Source: a virus
Taxonomy: Duplodnaviria; Caudoviricetes
IMG/VR virus record: IMGVR_UViG_3300037067_006927
Location: 1 to 64,000 of that record
Length of the DNA: 64,000 nucleotides
Reading direction: 5' to 3' (one strand)
This document shows, one piece after another, positions 37,780 to 47,347 of this stretch. The position numbers and the translations under genes were made by a program. Each line of letters begins with the position of its first letter. The stretch's first letter is position 1. The notes under the pieces were generated by a model. It did not search any database and was not told the origin of the DNA. It saw nothing but the letters and a program-made list of their open reading frames with translations.

Positions 37780-38388
37780 ATGACGACCATGATTCCCGCC
37801 TACATAGCCGGAAAGTTCCGCGGACCCACCTCGTGGGACATCGCCAAGAACGTCTACCGAGCCGAGGAGGTCCACCGCGCGGCCTGCCGTCTCGGGCTCG
37901 CCAGTATCTCTCCGCACTGCAACACGTCGCACTTCCAAGGCGAGTGCACCGACGAGTTCTGGATCGCGATGACGCTCGAGCTCCTGCGCATGGTGGCGCG
38001 CAGCGGTGGCATCCTGATCCTGGTGCCCGGGTGGGAGGAGTCGAGCGGCACCCGCGGCGAGGTCCGGGAAGCGCTGAGTCTCGGGATGCCGGTGTTCGAG
38101 TGCGAGCCGAGTCAGCGGGACGATCCGAAGCGGTTGAGGGAGGCGCTGCATATCGCGTCAGTGCTGTGGAGCGAGGCTGGGATCGTGATCAGATTGGGCT
38201 ATGTGCCGTGGCCAGATGGGAGGCCAAAGTATCTCGGCGACTACCTGGACGCCCACGCCAACCCGCCCACCACCGCCCAGGAGCCCGCCGCGCCGCATCG
38301 GGCCACCACCGGGCCGTCCGTGGCCCAAGAGAGCGCCAGTGGGCAGCCAGGGGGCGGGAACGGGACGGAGCCGGAGGCGGCACCATGA
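37780..38388 (+). CDS. DUF4406/nucleoside deoxyribosyltransferase-like fold protein (202 aa)
   Basis: YIAGKFRG, SPHCN and LILVPGWEESSGTRGEV..A..LGMPVF. Confidence 0.7.
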   Translation: MTTMIPAYIAGKFRGPTSWDIAKNVYRAEEVHRAACRLGLASISPHCNTSHFQGECTDEFWIAMTLELLRMVARSGGILILVPGWEESSGTRGEVREALSLGMPVFECEPSQRDDPKRLREALHIASVLWSEAGIVIRLGYVPWPDGRPKYLGDYLDAHANPPTTAQEPAAPHRATTGPSVAQESASGQPGGGNGTEPEAAP

Positions 38389-39107
38389 CGACCGAAGCCA
38401 CCCGCTACCGCGAATGCCTGGCCGCACTGGAGCGCGCGACCGGGAACCACGTGACGCGGCTCGAGTGGGACCTATCGGACCCTAAGCGGCCGCAGGTGAT
38501 CGCCACGGCATCGACGAAGGAGGACGAGCGAGCGCTGGCCGAACTCGGGGTCACGGTGCTGCGCCTGGTCTACTCGTCGCCCGGGAGCAAGACAATCGGG
38601 GAGCCGCATGAGGAGCCGATTGAGGAGGGGGAGCCGTGACCACCTGGCGCCCCGTCTCAACCGACCCGCCCGCCGTCGGGTCCCGCGTGCTCGTGCGTGA
38701 CGGAGAGGAAGTGCGGACCGTCACGTGGTCAGGGCAGTCGGCGAAACGGTTCGAGTGGTGGCTGCCGAGGGAGGTGTTGCCGTGAATCGAAACCACGGTT
38801 ACGGCGATCCCGTCCTGGCTTCCTGCTCGCGACTGCCCGGAGACGTGAGCCAATATGGTGCGACCGGCAGGAGACTGGAACAGGATCGGGAGTTACTGCT
38901 ATCGGACGTCGCGCGGTTCCCGAACTCCACCAGGGAGCGCGCTCGTGAGCTGCTGGAAAGCATCACGTGCGACCTGAACGACGGGCGCATCGAGTGCGAT
39001 GTGGAATTGTCGCCACTGGTGGCACATGAACTACTTGGCCGAGCGGGGGTCATAGAGTTCGCCACTCGCGAGGAGCTCGATCGACTGTTTGGAAAAGGAA
39101 GCAATAC

Positions 39108-39371
39108 GTGAGACGACCCAACCCAAACCAGCTCGCCCTCTTCACCGAGCGCCGAGACGCGCGAGGGAAACTGCGGTTCGCCATCGCGCTGAAACGGCAC
39201 TTCTCGCGACGGGTGCCAACGCTGCGCCGTGGTGAGCGCGTCACCCGCGCGGAGATGCGGATGATGCACGAGGTCTGCGCGGCCGCGTGGAACAGCACCG
39301 AGACACCGCTGGCGCCCAGTTGCGCCGAGATGGATGCAATGAGCACGTTCTGCGCATTGGAAGCTGAATGA
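39108..39371 (+). CDS. Hypothetical protein with N-terminal QLALF motif (87 aa)
   Basis: GTGA overlap with the upstream ORF. Begins MRRPNPNQLALF. Confidence 0.55.
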   Translation: MRRPNPNQLALFTERRDARGKLRFAIALKRHFSRRVPTLRRGERVTRAEMRMMHEVCAAAWNSTETPLAPSCAEMDAMSTFCALEAE

Positions 39372-39576
39372 GTGACACCATCACCGACATGCTCGACCTT
39401 CACGCCCGTCGCCTACTCGAAGAGTGGGAACGGAAGCGCTGGCGCACCCGTGGCGTGCAGTGGATCGATGGCAAGCTGCTCGCCTACGACACGGAGCTGC
39501 TGACCTCGTTCGAGGCGGATGGGTACGTGGAGATGGCGGATAGGATCGGACTGGGAGTGCAGGCGTAGGAGGAGCG

Positions 39577-40809
39577 ATGGAAACGATCCGTGACGGCTCG
39601 GTGAACGTGACGCTGGGATCCCGGCATCCGATTCGCGAATGGACGGTGGGCGTCGAGGTGGAGGACAGCGCGCGCGAGCAACTGCGGCGCGTCGCTGACC
39701 TGCCGTTCGTGTTCAAGCACGTTGCCGTGATGCCCGACGCGCACACCGGCATCGGGTCAACGGTCGGAACGGTGATCCCGACGGTCGGGGCAGTGGTGCC
39801 CGCTTGCGTTGGTAGCGACGTTGGTTGCGGTATGACGGCCACGAAGACCACGCTGTCGATCGCCGACTTCCCGGCGGACCGCGCCGAGGTTCGCGCTTGT
39901 CTGGAGCGAGCCATCCCGCACGGTCGCACCGACAACGGCGGACCCAACGACCGCGGCGCATGGGGCACCGTGCCGGACGCGGTGGCTGACCACTGGTCAT
40001 CGCTGTCGGACGGATACGAGGACATCTGCGAGAGCAACCCGAAGCTCAGGACGCGCCAGCCGCCGCAGAAGCAGCTCGGAACGCTGGGCACCGGCAATCA
40101 CTTCATCGAGGTGTGCGCCGACACGGACGGAGCAATCTGGGTGATGCTGCACTCGGGATCGCGCGGAGTCGGCGGGAGGATCGGGTCGCACTTCACCGGG
40201 TTGGCCAAAGAGGAATGCGCCCGCTGGTTCGTTGACCTTCCGGATCCGAACCTGGCTTACTTCCCCGAGGGCACGCCGTCCTTCGACGAGTACCTGCAAG
40301 CGGTGCGATGGGCGCAGCAGTACGCGCTGACGAATCGACGGCTGATGATGGACGCTGCGCTGGGAACGCTGGAGCGGATCGTCGGGCGAGGGATCCGCAG
40401 TGGTGAGACGATCGACTGCCACCACAACTACATCGCGCGCGAGCATCACTTCGGCCGCGACGTACTGGTGACACGCAAGGGTGCGATCCGAGCACGGGCG
40501 GGAGACGTCGGCATAATTCCGGGGTCAATGGGATCGCGGTCGTTCATCGTGCGCGGACTCGGAAACGCGGATTCATTCTGCTCGGCCTCGCACGGAGCCG
40601 GTCGTCGCATGTCGCGGACGCAGGCCGCGAAGACGTTCACGGTCGAGGACCACGCGGCGGCTGTGGCTGGCGTCGAGTGCCGGATGGACTCCAGCATTCT
40701 GGACGAGACACCGGGAGCGTACAAGGAGATCGGTGCCGTGATGGCGGCGCAGAAGGACATTGTCGAAGTGGTGGCGGAGCTGAAGCAGATCATTTGTGTG
40801 AAGGGGTAG
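39577..40809 (+). CDS. rtcB: RtcB RNA 3'-phosphate/cyclic-phosphate ligase (410 aa)
   Basis: MPDAH.G.G..VG, VG.DVGCGM, GTLGTGNHFIE, MLHSGSRG, HHNY, RKGA, PGSMG, SHGAGR and DETPGAYK motifs. GGAGGAG RBS. Confidence 0.97.
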   Translation: METIRDGSVNVTLGSRHPIREWTVGVEVEDSAREQLRRVADLPFVFKHVAVMPDAHTGIGSTVGTVIPTVGAVVPACVGSDVGCGMTATKTTLSIADFPADRAEVRACLERAIPHGRTDNGGPNDRGAWGTVPDAVADHWSSLSDGYEDICESNPKLRTRQPPQKQLGTLGTGNHFIEVCADTDGAIWVMLHSGSRGVGGRIGSHFTGLAKEECARWFVDLPDPNLAYFPEGTPSFDEYLQAVRWAQQYALTNRRLMMDAALGTLERIVGRGIRSGETIDCHHNYIAREHHFGRDVLVTRKGAIRARAGDVGIIPGSMGSRSFIVRGLGNADSFCSASHGAGRRMSRTQAAKTFTVEDHAAAVAGVECRMDSSILDETPGAYKEIGAVMAAQKDIVEVVAELKQIICVKG

Positions 40810-41445
40810 AGATGGGACAGCGACCGCCACTACAGCACCGGCCTCCGCGCCCATGGCTGAACCCTCCGCCTCCGCCGCCAGCTACGACGAAGTGCCCATT
40901 CTGCGGACACGTCGGCGAAGGCAAGCGGTGCGCGAACTGCGGGGCACCGAGAGGAGAACGACCATGAGCAACGAAACCGACGCATTCGACAGGGCGTGGA
41001 ACTGCATTCGTAGAGAGGTCAAAGACCAGTCGATTGAACTCGCCAAGGCGAAGCGAGACGTTGCCCGCTGGAGAACGAGAGCCATCCTGAACGCGGTGCT
41101 TCTGCTGATGTTGGGAGTGTACGCCGCTTGCCAAATCGGTACCCCATGACCTTCCGCCCTCCCCGCATCCGCTACCGCAAGCCAGCCGCTCGCCACTCTG
41201 CGCCCGAGCCGACGCGGTCTGAGTATCACGTGGCGGGAGGGACGATCGTCTACACGTCGCAGCAGTTCCCGTCGTGGATCGCGATCCGGTTCGATGGGCA
41301 GCGGATGGGGGCGAGGAGGAGCTACGCGGAGGCGGCGGAGTTGCTGGCGGAGTTCGCGGCGTCGGACCCGAGCGTGGTTGCGAGGAGGGCGGCGGAGTGA
41401 GTGGCGTTAGGCGGTAACTGATGGCTAGGTTGGATACACTACCCG

Positions 41446-43012
41446 ATGACGAAACGCGACGACCCTGACGAACTCGGCGCCCTGCGCCTGTACTTGTCAC
41501 ACGGTGGGCTCGAGGGACTGGCGCGATCTAGTCTTGGGCCCATGCTCGACATGCTGTGGCGTGCCGGTCAGTCGCGGCGTTGCGACGTCTGCGGCGGCGT
41601 CGGGGTAGTGGCGACAGCCAATGCGTCGATGCACACCGCAGAACTGGCGCGGGTGAACGCCGAACGCGGATGGGGGATCGCGATACTGCGTGAGGTGAAG
41701 ATTCCGAAGGGAGAGCGGAAGCACCTGAATGAGTACCGAGCTCTCCGAGACGGCGGTGATTTCGTCGAGGAGAGCGGTACCGCCGAGCGAACGCGCATGA
41801 GATCCACCGAGAGGCAGCGGAGGAGAATCAGGGAGCAGCAACATCACTCGAACGGATGATCCGCGCCGAGCGTGCATCCGTCGCCGCCGGCTGCAAAAGC
41901 ACGGTGGGCGAGGTGTTCTGCCAGGTGTGCCAGGGCATCGGGTGGCGACCGCGCGAGAAGGTCGACGCTGCGCCGCTGGGATGGACTGAGGATCCGGAGC
42001 ATCCAGACGATGGCGGACTCGACGCGCAGCCGACGGGTAACTCGGTCAACCGAGCCGGCGGAGTCGATCCGGGAGATGCGGCAACGGAGCGAATGGGCCG
42101 CATTGCTGGCAGGCTGGCGGTGGTCCGCGCCGTTGACCCACTGCTCGCCGATGCGCTGTGCCGGTACCACGCCCCGCAGTCGGGAGGCGCGCTGGCACTC
42201 TGGGAACTGACGGAGCCAGGACGGCGTCTGCTGGCCCAGCACGGGCACGACGACCTACCGCCGGCCGCCATCTGGGCAGACCTCGCTGACCGGCAGCAGA
42301 AGGCGCCCACCGTCAATCTGACCCGGCAGATCGAGGAGACGCGGAGGGATGCCCTGGACCTGGCGGCGGCCGCGCTCCGGGTCTGGCGTGACTCAGCGAC
42401 TCCGAGGAAGGCACCGCCGGGCATCGTGGGGCCGACCAGGGGGAGGTTCCGCGCTCCACGCGACCAAGAGCTCGACCGCATCATAGCCGGCGTCAGGTGG
42501 GCGCTAGAGCACCCGGACGAGGTGGCGGAGTACATGGCCGCCCAGGAGTCGGCAGAGTGAACGAACTCCTCACCGTCACCGAGCACTCGGTCCGGCTGGG
42601 GATGGATCGATACGGGAAGCGACTCCGAAAGATGTTGCTGGCGGTGGTCCGCCGATACCCGAGGGACGAGATCGGAGTCCGGTACGGTCGCGAGTGGCGA
42701 CTGACCGAGACGGAGCTCCGGCGTTACCTGCCGCAACTCTTCGGGGACGTCGGCCTCGACGCGATCGAGCGCCGGGTCCGGGAGCACCTGCGAGACGTGG
42801 ACAAGCGCATCGACGAGAGGTCCGTTGCCGTCTGCCTGCCGCTGGTCGCCGCCGAGCGAGAGGCCAGGGAGCATGGGGATCGACGGGTAGCCAGACTCGT
42901 CGCCGATGTGGCGGAGAAGGTCGCTGGTTTGGCCGTTGAGGTGTGCGAGATCCGGGCAAAATCCGAAGTACGGGTGCGGCCCATGTCGATTTTGTCCGAT
43001 GGGCAGAAATGA
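41446..43012 (+). other. Three putative late-regulatory/DNA-binding genes (41446-41859, 41856-42560, 42557-43012), two with CxxCxGxG motifs
   Basis: CDVCGGVG and CQVCQGIG motifs, and position between the replication and packaging modules, where antiterminator or late-activator genes usually sit. Confidence 0.45.
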
Positions 43013-43550
43013 TGCTCCGTAGCGGGTGTCAGCTACCCTGTTTCATTGCCGTCCCGTGCCCTCTAGTGCCATGGGTCTGGCCCATACCCATAGGGGTGCC
43101 TCCCATTGCGTCCGCGCGCGTAGCTCCGGAAGGGCGCTCCAGACGCCGAGGCGCCAACCGGAGCGTATCCGGCACACCGCTCCCGGTCACCCGCTACGCC
43201 ACCAACCGCGATCCAGCTCCAGTCCCCGCCACCCCGGCCAACAGCCGCTCGATGGCGAGTACGGACTCGATGTCGCCGGCCAGTTCGGCGTCCTGCAACG
43301 CGGCCTCCAATAGGCAGGACGGGGCAGGGTCGAGATCGTCGTCTCCGGTCAGAGCCGGGGACGAGAGGGCGGACTCAGCAGATACCGCGGCGCACGTCGC
43401 ACACGACGCAGCCCACCGGACGCGGTCAGCGTCGGAGGGGCGGCCAAGAGCATCGAGCTCGCGGGCCAGGCGGGAGGCGGTAAGGCGGTCCATCGCAGTT
43501 CACGCTGGCAATCATGCGGCCGGACGGACGGGGAGTCAAGGAAGCGCACG

Positions 43551-44075
43551 ATGGCCAGGGGCAAGAAGCGGACACGCAAGGAGCACGGACCACAGTTCCG
43601 CGCTGCTGCCGTTGCCGAGGCACTGGCCGGAAACTCGCTGGATGTAGCTCGGTCACGAGGGGTCAGCGACAGGACACTGCGGCGCTGGATCGTCGAGTCG
43701 AAGACCAGCCCGGAGATGGCCGAAGACGTCCAGAGAAAGTCCGCGGCCATTGAGGCTGACTGGGCAGAGGACGCCAAGCGGGTAGCGCGCAAGATTCTGG
43801 GTGCTCTGGAGACGCTGATTGAGCAGGCGGTCGCAGAGTGCAAGGGCGGCGCCATTCCGGACAAGCGGATCTACGAGGTGGCCGGGGCGCTGAAGATCGT
43901 GGGCGAGCTTGGGATCACCAAGCAGGTGATGCCGGCTGCTGCCCCGGTAGTGCAGCCGAAGGTCGAGAGTCATGGGGAGCAGTCTGGAACTGATCGGCAA
44001 GGTCCGTCGGCTCCAGAAGCTGGCGGCGGATCCGTCGTCCCTATCCGCGGCGTCCGGCGTGCAGCCGCCGAGTGA
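43551..44075 (+). CDS. terS: Terminase small subunit (HTH)
   Basis: N-terminal HTH (VARSRGVSDRTLRRW), helical C-terminus, directly upstream of and overlapping terL. Confidence 0.75.
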   Translation: MARGKKRTRKEHGPQFRAAAVAEALAGNSLDVARSRGVSDRTLRRWIVESKTSPEMAEDVQRKSAAIEADWAEDAKRVARKILGALETLIEQAVAECKGGAIPDKRIYEVAGALKIVGELGITKQVMPAAAPVVQPKVESHGEQSGTDRQGPSAPEAGGGSVVPIRGVRRAAAE

Positions 44076-45879
44076 CATCGACTGGATCAGATACCGCAAG
44101 TCTTTCGTCGAGTGGGCCGAGGGGCCCGTGGGCGTGGAGCTCACGGTTGCCCAGCGGACGATCGCGCTGGTTGCGTTCGATGGGTTCGACCCGGTAGAGC
44201 TGGACGACGAGCACCTGGCGATGGCCCGCCGGCTATTTGGGCCGGTAGACCAGATCCCGGATTCCGCGCGGCGGGTACTCGCTGCGGTGTGCGGCGCCCG
44301 CGGTGGCAAGAGCGCGATCCTGTCGGCGCTCTACTCCCTGTGGCGAATGCTCACGGCGGACCTATCGTCGGTGGCACCCGGGGAGGTGGCATTCGCGGTA
44401 GTCGTGGCCCCGGACAAGGACACGGCGAAGCAAGTCAGGAACTTCGTTGCCGGTCGGTGCGAGCATCCCGGCATCAAGTCGCTGATTGTTGGCGACCCCT
44501 CCGAGTCGATTCAACTGCGGCGCCCCGACGGGCATCTGGTGGAGTTCGCGGTTCGCGCCGCATCTCGAGGTGGCTCGGCAACCCGAGGCCGAACCTATGT
44601 CTCAGCGGTGCTCGATGAGGCCGCGTTCTTTCGTGACGCAGCGAGCGGAGTCGTCAACGACCAGGAGGTCTTCGATTCCGTCAATGCGCGCGTGCTGCCT
44701 GGCGGGCTCGTAATCGTCGCTTCGACGCCGTATGTCGAGGCGGGATTGCTGTTCAAGTTCTGGTCAGAGAACTTCGGAAATCCGAGTACGGCGCTGGTCG
44801 CCCATGCCCCGACGCTGCTGATGCGCGAGGGCGGCCCCGAGTACGAGACGATCGAGGCGCAGGTCCGCGTTGCAACGGCGGTCGATGGCGAGAACGCCAG
44901 GCGCGAGTACGGCGCGGAGTTCATCTCGGTCGGTGGCGGCTTCTACTTCTCGAGCGAGCTGATCTCGAGATCCGTCAAGGACATCGCTCCAATTGTCGCT
45001 CGCCCAAACTTGGCAGCGATTCGCGTCGGGTGCGGTGGCGACCTGGGGCTAGTCCGCGACTCTGCGGCGCTCGTCATTGTGCACGAGGTGGACGGAAAGA
45101 TCACGGTTGCGGAGATCGTGGAGCGGCGCCCGGCAAAGGGCTCGCCACTGAGGCTCTCGCAAGTAGTGGCAGACTTCGCCGAGGCAATGGGCCGGCACCG
45201 AGTCAAGACGGCGCGCGTTGACCATCACGCAATCGAGCCGGCGCGGGAACATGCGGCAGAGCACTCGATCAATCTCGAGCCCGCGCCCGGTGGAAACACT
45301 GGCAACGAAGAGACGTTCACCGTCGCGCGCGAGGCGCTTCATTCCGGTGTCGTATCGATTCCGCGCGAGTACCAACTCGTCGCCGACCAACTCCGGGAGA
45401 TCATAGCCGAGCCGCTGCCCGGTGGCGGCGTTTCATTCGTGAGCCCTCGCAAGGGTGGGCGCCACGGAGACGTGGCAAGAGCGCTGATCCTGGCACTCTG
45501 GGATCTGGAACAGGGGCAGATCGACATCACCCCATCGATCGACGTCAACCGCCGACTCTCCGCCAACAAGGCGATGCAGTCGCGGTGGGGCGCCGGTGCC
45601 ATGACGCCGCGGTTCATGGGCGGCGGGCTGGGCATGTTCAGCTCGATGCCGCAGAGCAGTCTGCCACGTCACGTTGCGCCTGTCAGTACGCCACCCGCGC
45701 CGACTACGATACAAGAGCCACCGCTCTCTGTTGGTGCCGGCGCCTATCGCGTGGTCGGCCCCGGTTCGATCTCCCGCACGGTCAATCGGCAGCGGGTCCT
45801 GGTGCCCGCTGGTGCCGTTCTCAATCTCACGGCCGACGAGGCGCGCAGCTACGGTGCCGCCGTCACGCCGATCCAATAA
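43972..45879 (+). CDS. terL: Terminase large subunit with C-terminal extension (635 aa)
   Basis: Walker A CGARGGKS, Walker B VLDEAAF, VASTP, nuclease GGDLG..RD and HGDVA motifs. Confidence 0.92.
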   Translation: MGSSLELIGKVRRLQKLAADPSSLSAASGVQPPSDIDWIRYRKSFVEWAEGPVGVELTVAQRTIALVAFDGFDPVELDDEHLAMARRLFGPVDQIPDSARRVLAAVCGARGGKSAILSALYSLWRMLTADLSSVAPGEVAFAVVVAPDKDTAKQVRNFVAGRCEHPGIKSLIVGDPSESIQLRRPDGHLVEFAVRAASRGGSATRGRTYVSAVLDEAAFFRDAASGVVNDQEVFDSVNARVLPGGLVIVASTPYVEAGLLFKFWSENFGNPSTALVAHAPTLLMREGGPEYETIEAQVRVATAVDGENARREYGAEFISVGGGFYFSSELISRSVKDIAPIVARPNLAAIRVGCGGDLGLVRDSAALVIVHEVDGKITVAEIVERRPAKGSPLRLSQVVADFAEAMGRHRVKTARVDHHAIEPAREHAAEHSINLEPAPGGNTGNEETFTVAREALHSGVVSIPREYQLVADQLREIIAEPLPGGGVSFVSPRKGGRHGDVARALILALWDLEQGQIDITPSIDVNRRLSANKAMQSRWGAGAMTPRFMGGGLGMFSSMPQSSLPRHVAPVSTPPAPTTIQEPPLSVGAGAYRVVGPGSISRTVNRQRVLVPAGAVLNLTADEARSYGAAVTPIQ

Positions 45880-45957
45880 CTCACCAGGTCCGGCTGACTC
45901 CGTGACATGCAACACCTGTCCCGCGCCCGGCGCGGCTAACAAGAGAAGGTAACGACC

Positions 45958-46626
45958 ATGAGCACTGGTGCCATCAGACACGGTGACAGAACCGCCCGCG
46001 AAGTCTCGCTCCGTGACGGAGGCGAATGCGCCACTACGGCAGCCGTCCAGGCCATCGGCCCGGCAGAGCGCGCGCACGGAATGAAGGTCATGAAGATGGA
46101 TACGCAGATGCTATGGGTCTACGACTCAGCGTCTGCGGCGGGAGCCGGCCCCAGCGTGATCGTGCCCACGGACGCTCCGGCAACGGGGCGCTGGCTGATC
46201 CACGCGACCGGCACCGGGCTTGCGGTGGGCAGCGTTCAGGCGACCCACCTGGACGGAGAGGTTGCTCTCGTCGGCGGAGTTGGTCTGTCCAGCGTCCCTC
46301 TCGTCATCTATGCGCCGGTTACGGCAGGCATCACTGGCGCCGCGGATGACGTCATCATCACCACGAGCGTTCCACTGGCGTGCCGGATCGTGGACGTCAA
46401 GGCGATCGTCACCACGGTCGGCGCGGGCGACACCTGGATTCTTCGCGATGCGGCAGCGGGTGGCGGAAACTTGCTGTCCAATGCGATCTCGGTCGCTGTC
46501 GCTGGCGTCATTCCCTGGGGCGTCACGACGCTTCCCGCGGATCTCGTGGCTGCGTCGGACATCTATCTCCGGCGCACCGACGACACGACCGACGGCTTCA
46601 TCGTGATCACCCTGCTCCCGGCCTGA
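45958..46626 (+). CDS. Putative virion structural/decoration protein (222 aa)
   Basis: Beta-rich, Gly/Ala/Val/Thr-rich, located in the head module. GAAGG RBS. Confidence 0.55.
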   Translation: MSTGAIRHGDRTAREVSLRDGGECATTAAVQAIGPAERAHGMKVMKMDTQMLWVYDSASAAGAGPSVIVPTDAPATGRWLIHATGTGLAVGSVQATHLDGEVALVGGVGLSSVPLVIYAPVTAGITGAADDVIITTSVPLACRIVDVKAIVTTVGAGDTWILRDAAAGGGNLLSNAISVAVAGVIPWGVTTLPADLVAASDIYLRRTDDTTDGFIVITLLPA

Positions 46627-46636
46627 GCCTAACCAG

Positions 46637-46679
46637 CGGCACGGGCGCTCCGTTTTCTCCTTTCCGGAGCGCCCGCCGC
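46637..46679 (+). terminator. GC-rich hairpin, possible terminator or processing site
   Basis: GGGCGCTCCG-ttttctcctttc-CGGAGCGCCC stem, extendable outward. No U-tract follows it. Confidence 0.4.
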
Positions 46680-46705
46680 ACCTACTCACCACCCGAGGCT
46701 GACCG

Positions 46706-47320
46706 ATGCAAGGGCACTCTACTGCGCTGGCGTCTCAGCGCTCGACCACCTTCCTGACGGCGGCGTCGCTCGCTGACGCGGACGCCTTCAAGACGCTGAT
46801 CGCGACCGACCCAGCAGCGGCGCACACCTACTCGGCCGCAGATCTGAACGGCGCTCTGGCGAACCCGGGGCCCGTCACCGATCTCAAAATGCTGGTACCG
46901 CGCTTTCCGACGGTGACCACGACTGCTGACGCGGCGACGTACAACACGACGGACCCGATCGTGTTCACGGGAACGCGCGGCGGACTGGCGGCGACGGTGT
47001 CGATCACGCTCACCCAGGCAGGCGGAGGCGAGACGCTGATCGGTGCCACTCCGCTCGACACGCTGACGTCGATTCACGTTCCGATCCAGCTCCAGAACAT
47101 CGGTGAGTTCACCTTCGGCTTCAGCGGCGTCGCTGCTCGCAAGCGTAACGGAATGACGCAGCGGATGCCCTTCGAGGCGTTCGCCGATGGGATCGTGAAA
47201 GTCGGGTACGAGGACGGCACTACCAACAGCCTGACGCTCGTGGCGCACGACGTTTCGCCAGCGAGCCCCTACCGCATCTATGCGGATACCACTGCCGTCG
47301 GCGTCATCGTCTACGACTGA
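46706..47320 (+). CDS. Putative virion protein carrying a beta-sandwich-like domain also inserted in the tail sheath (204 aa)
   Basis: TVT..A...Y...I..TGT..G pattern shared with sheath segment about 55778-56006. Confidence 0.6.
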   Translation: MQGHSTALASQRSTTFLTAASLADADAFKTLIATDPAAAHTYSAADLNGALANPGPVTDLKMLVPRFPTVTTTADAATYNTTDPIVFTGTRGGLAATVSITLTQAGGGETLIGATPLDTLTSIHVPIQLQNIGEFTFGFSGVAARKRNGMTQRMPFEAFADGIVKVGYEDGTTNSLTLVAHDVSPASPYRIYADTTAVGVIVYD

Positions 47321-47347
47321 TCGCGGTCCAGGAAGACTGGCCACAAC

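Noticed and set aside
41426-41440. Late promoter (TAGGTT or TACACT) before 41446
   Set aside because: Plausible -10 hexamers are present, but no matching -35 or extended -10. Support is insufficient.
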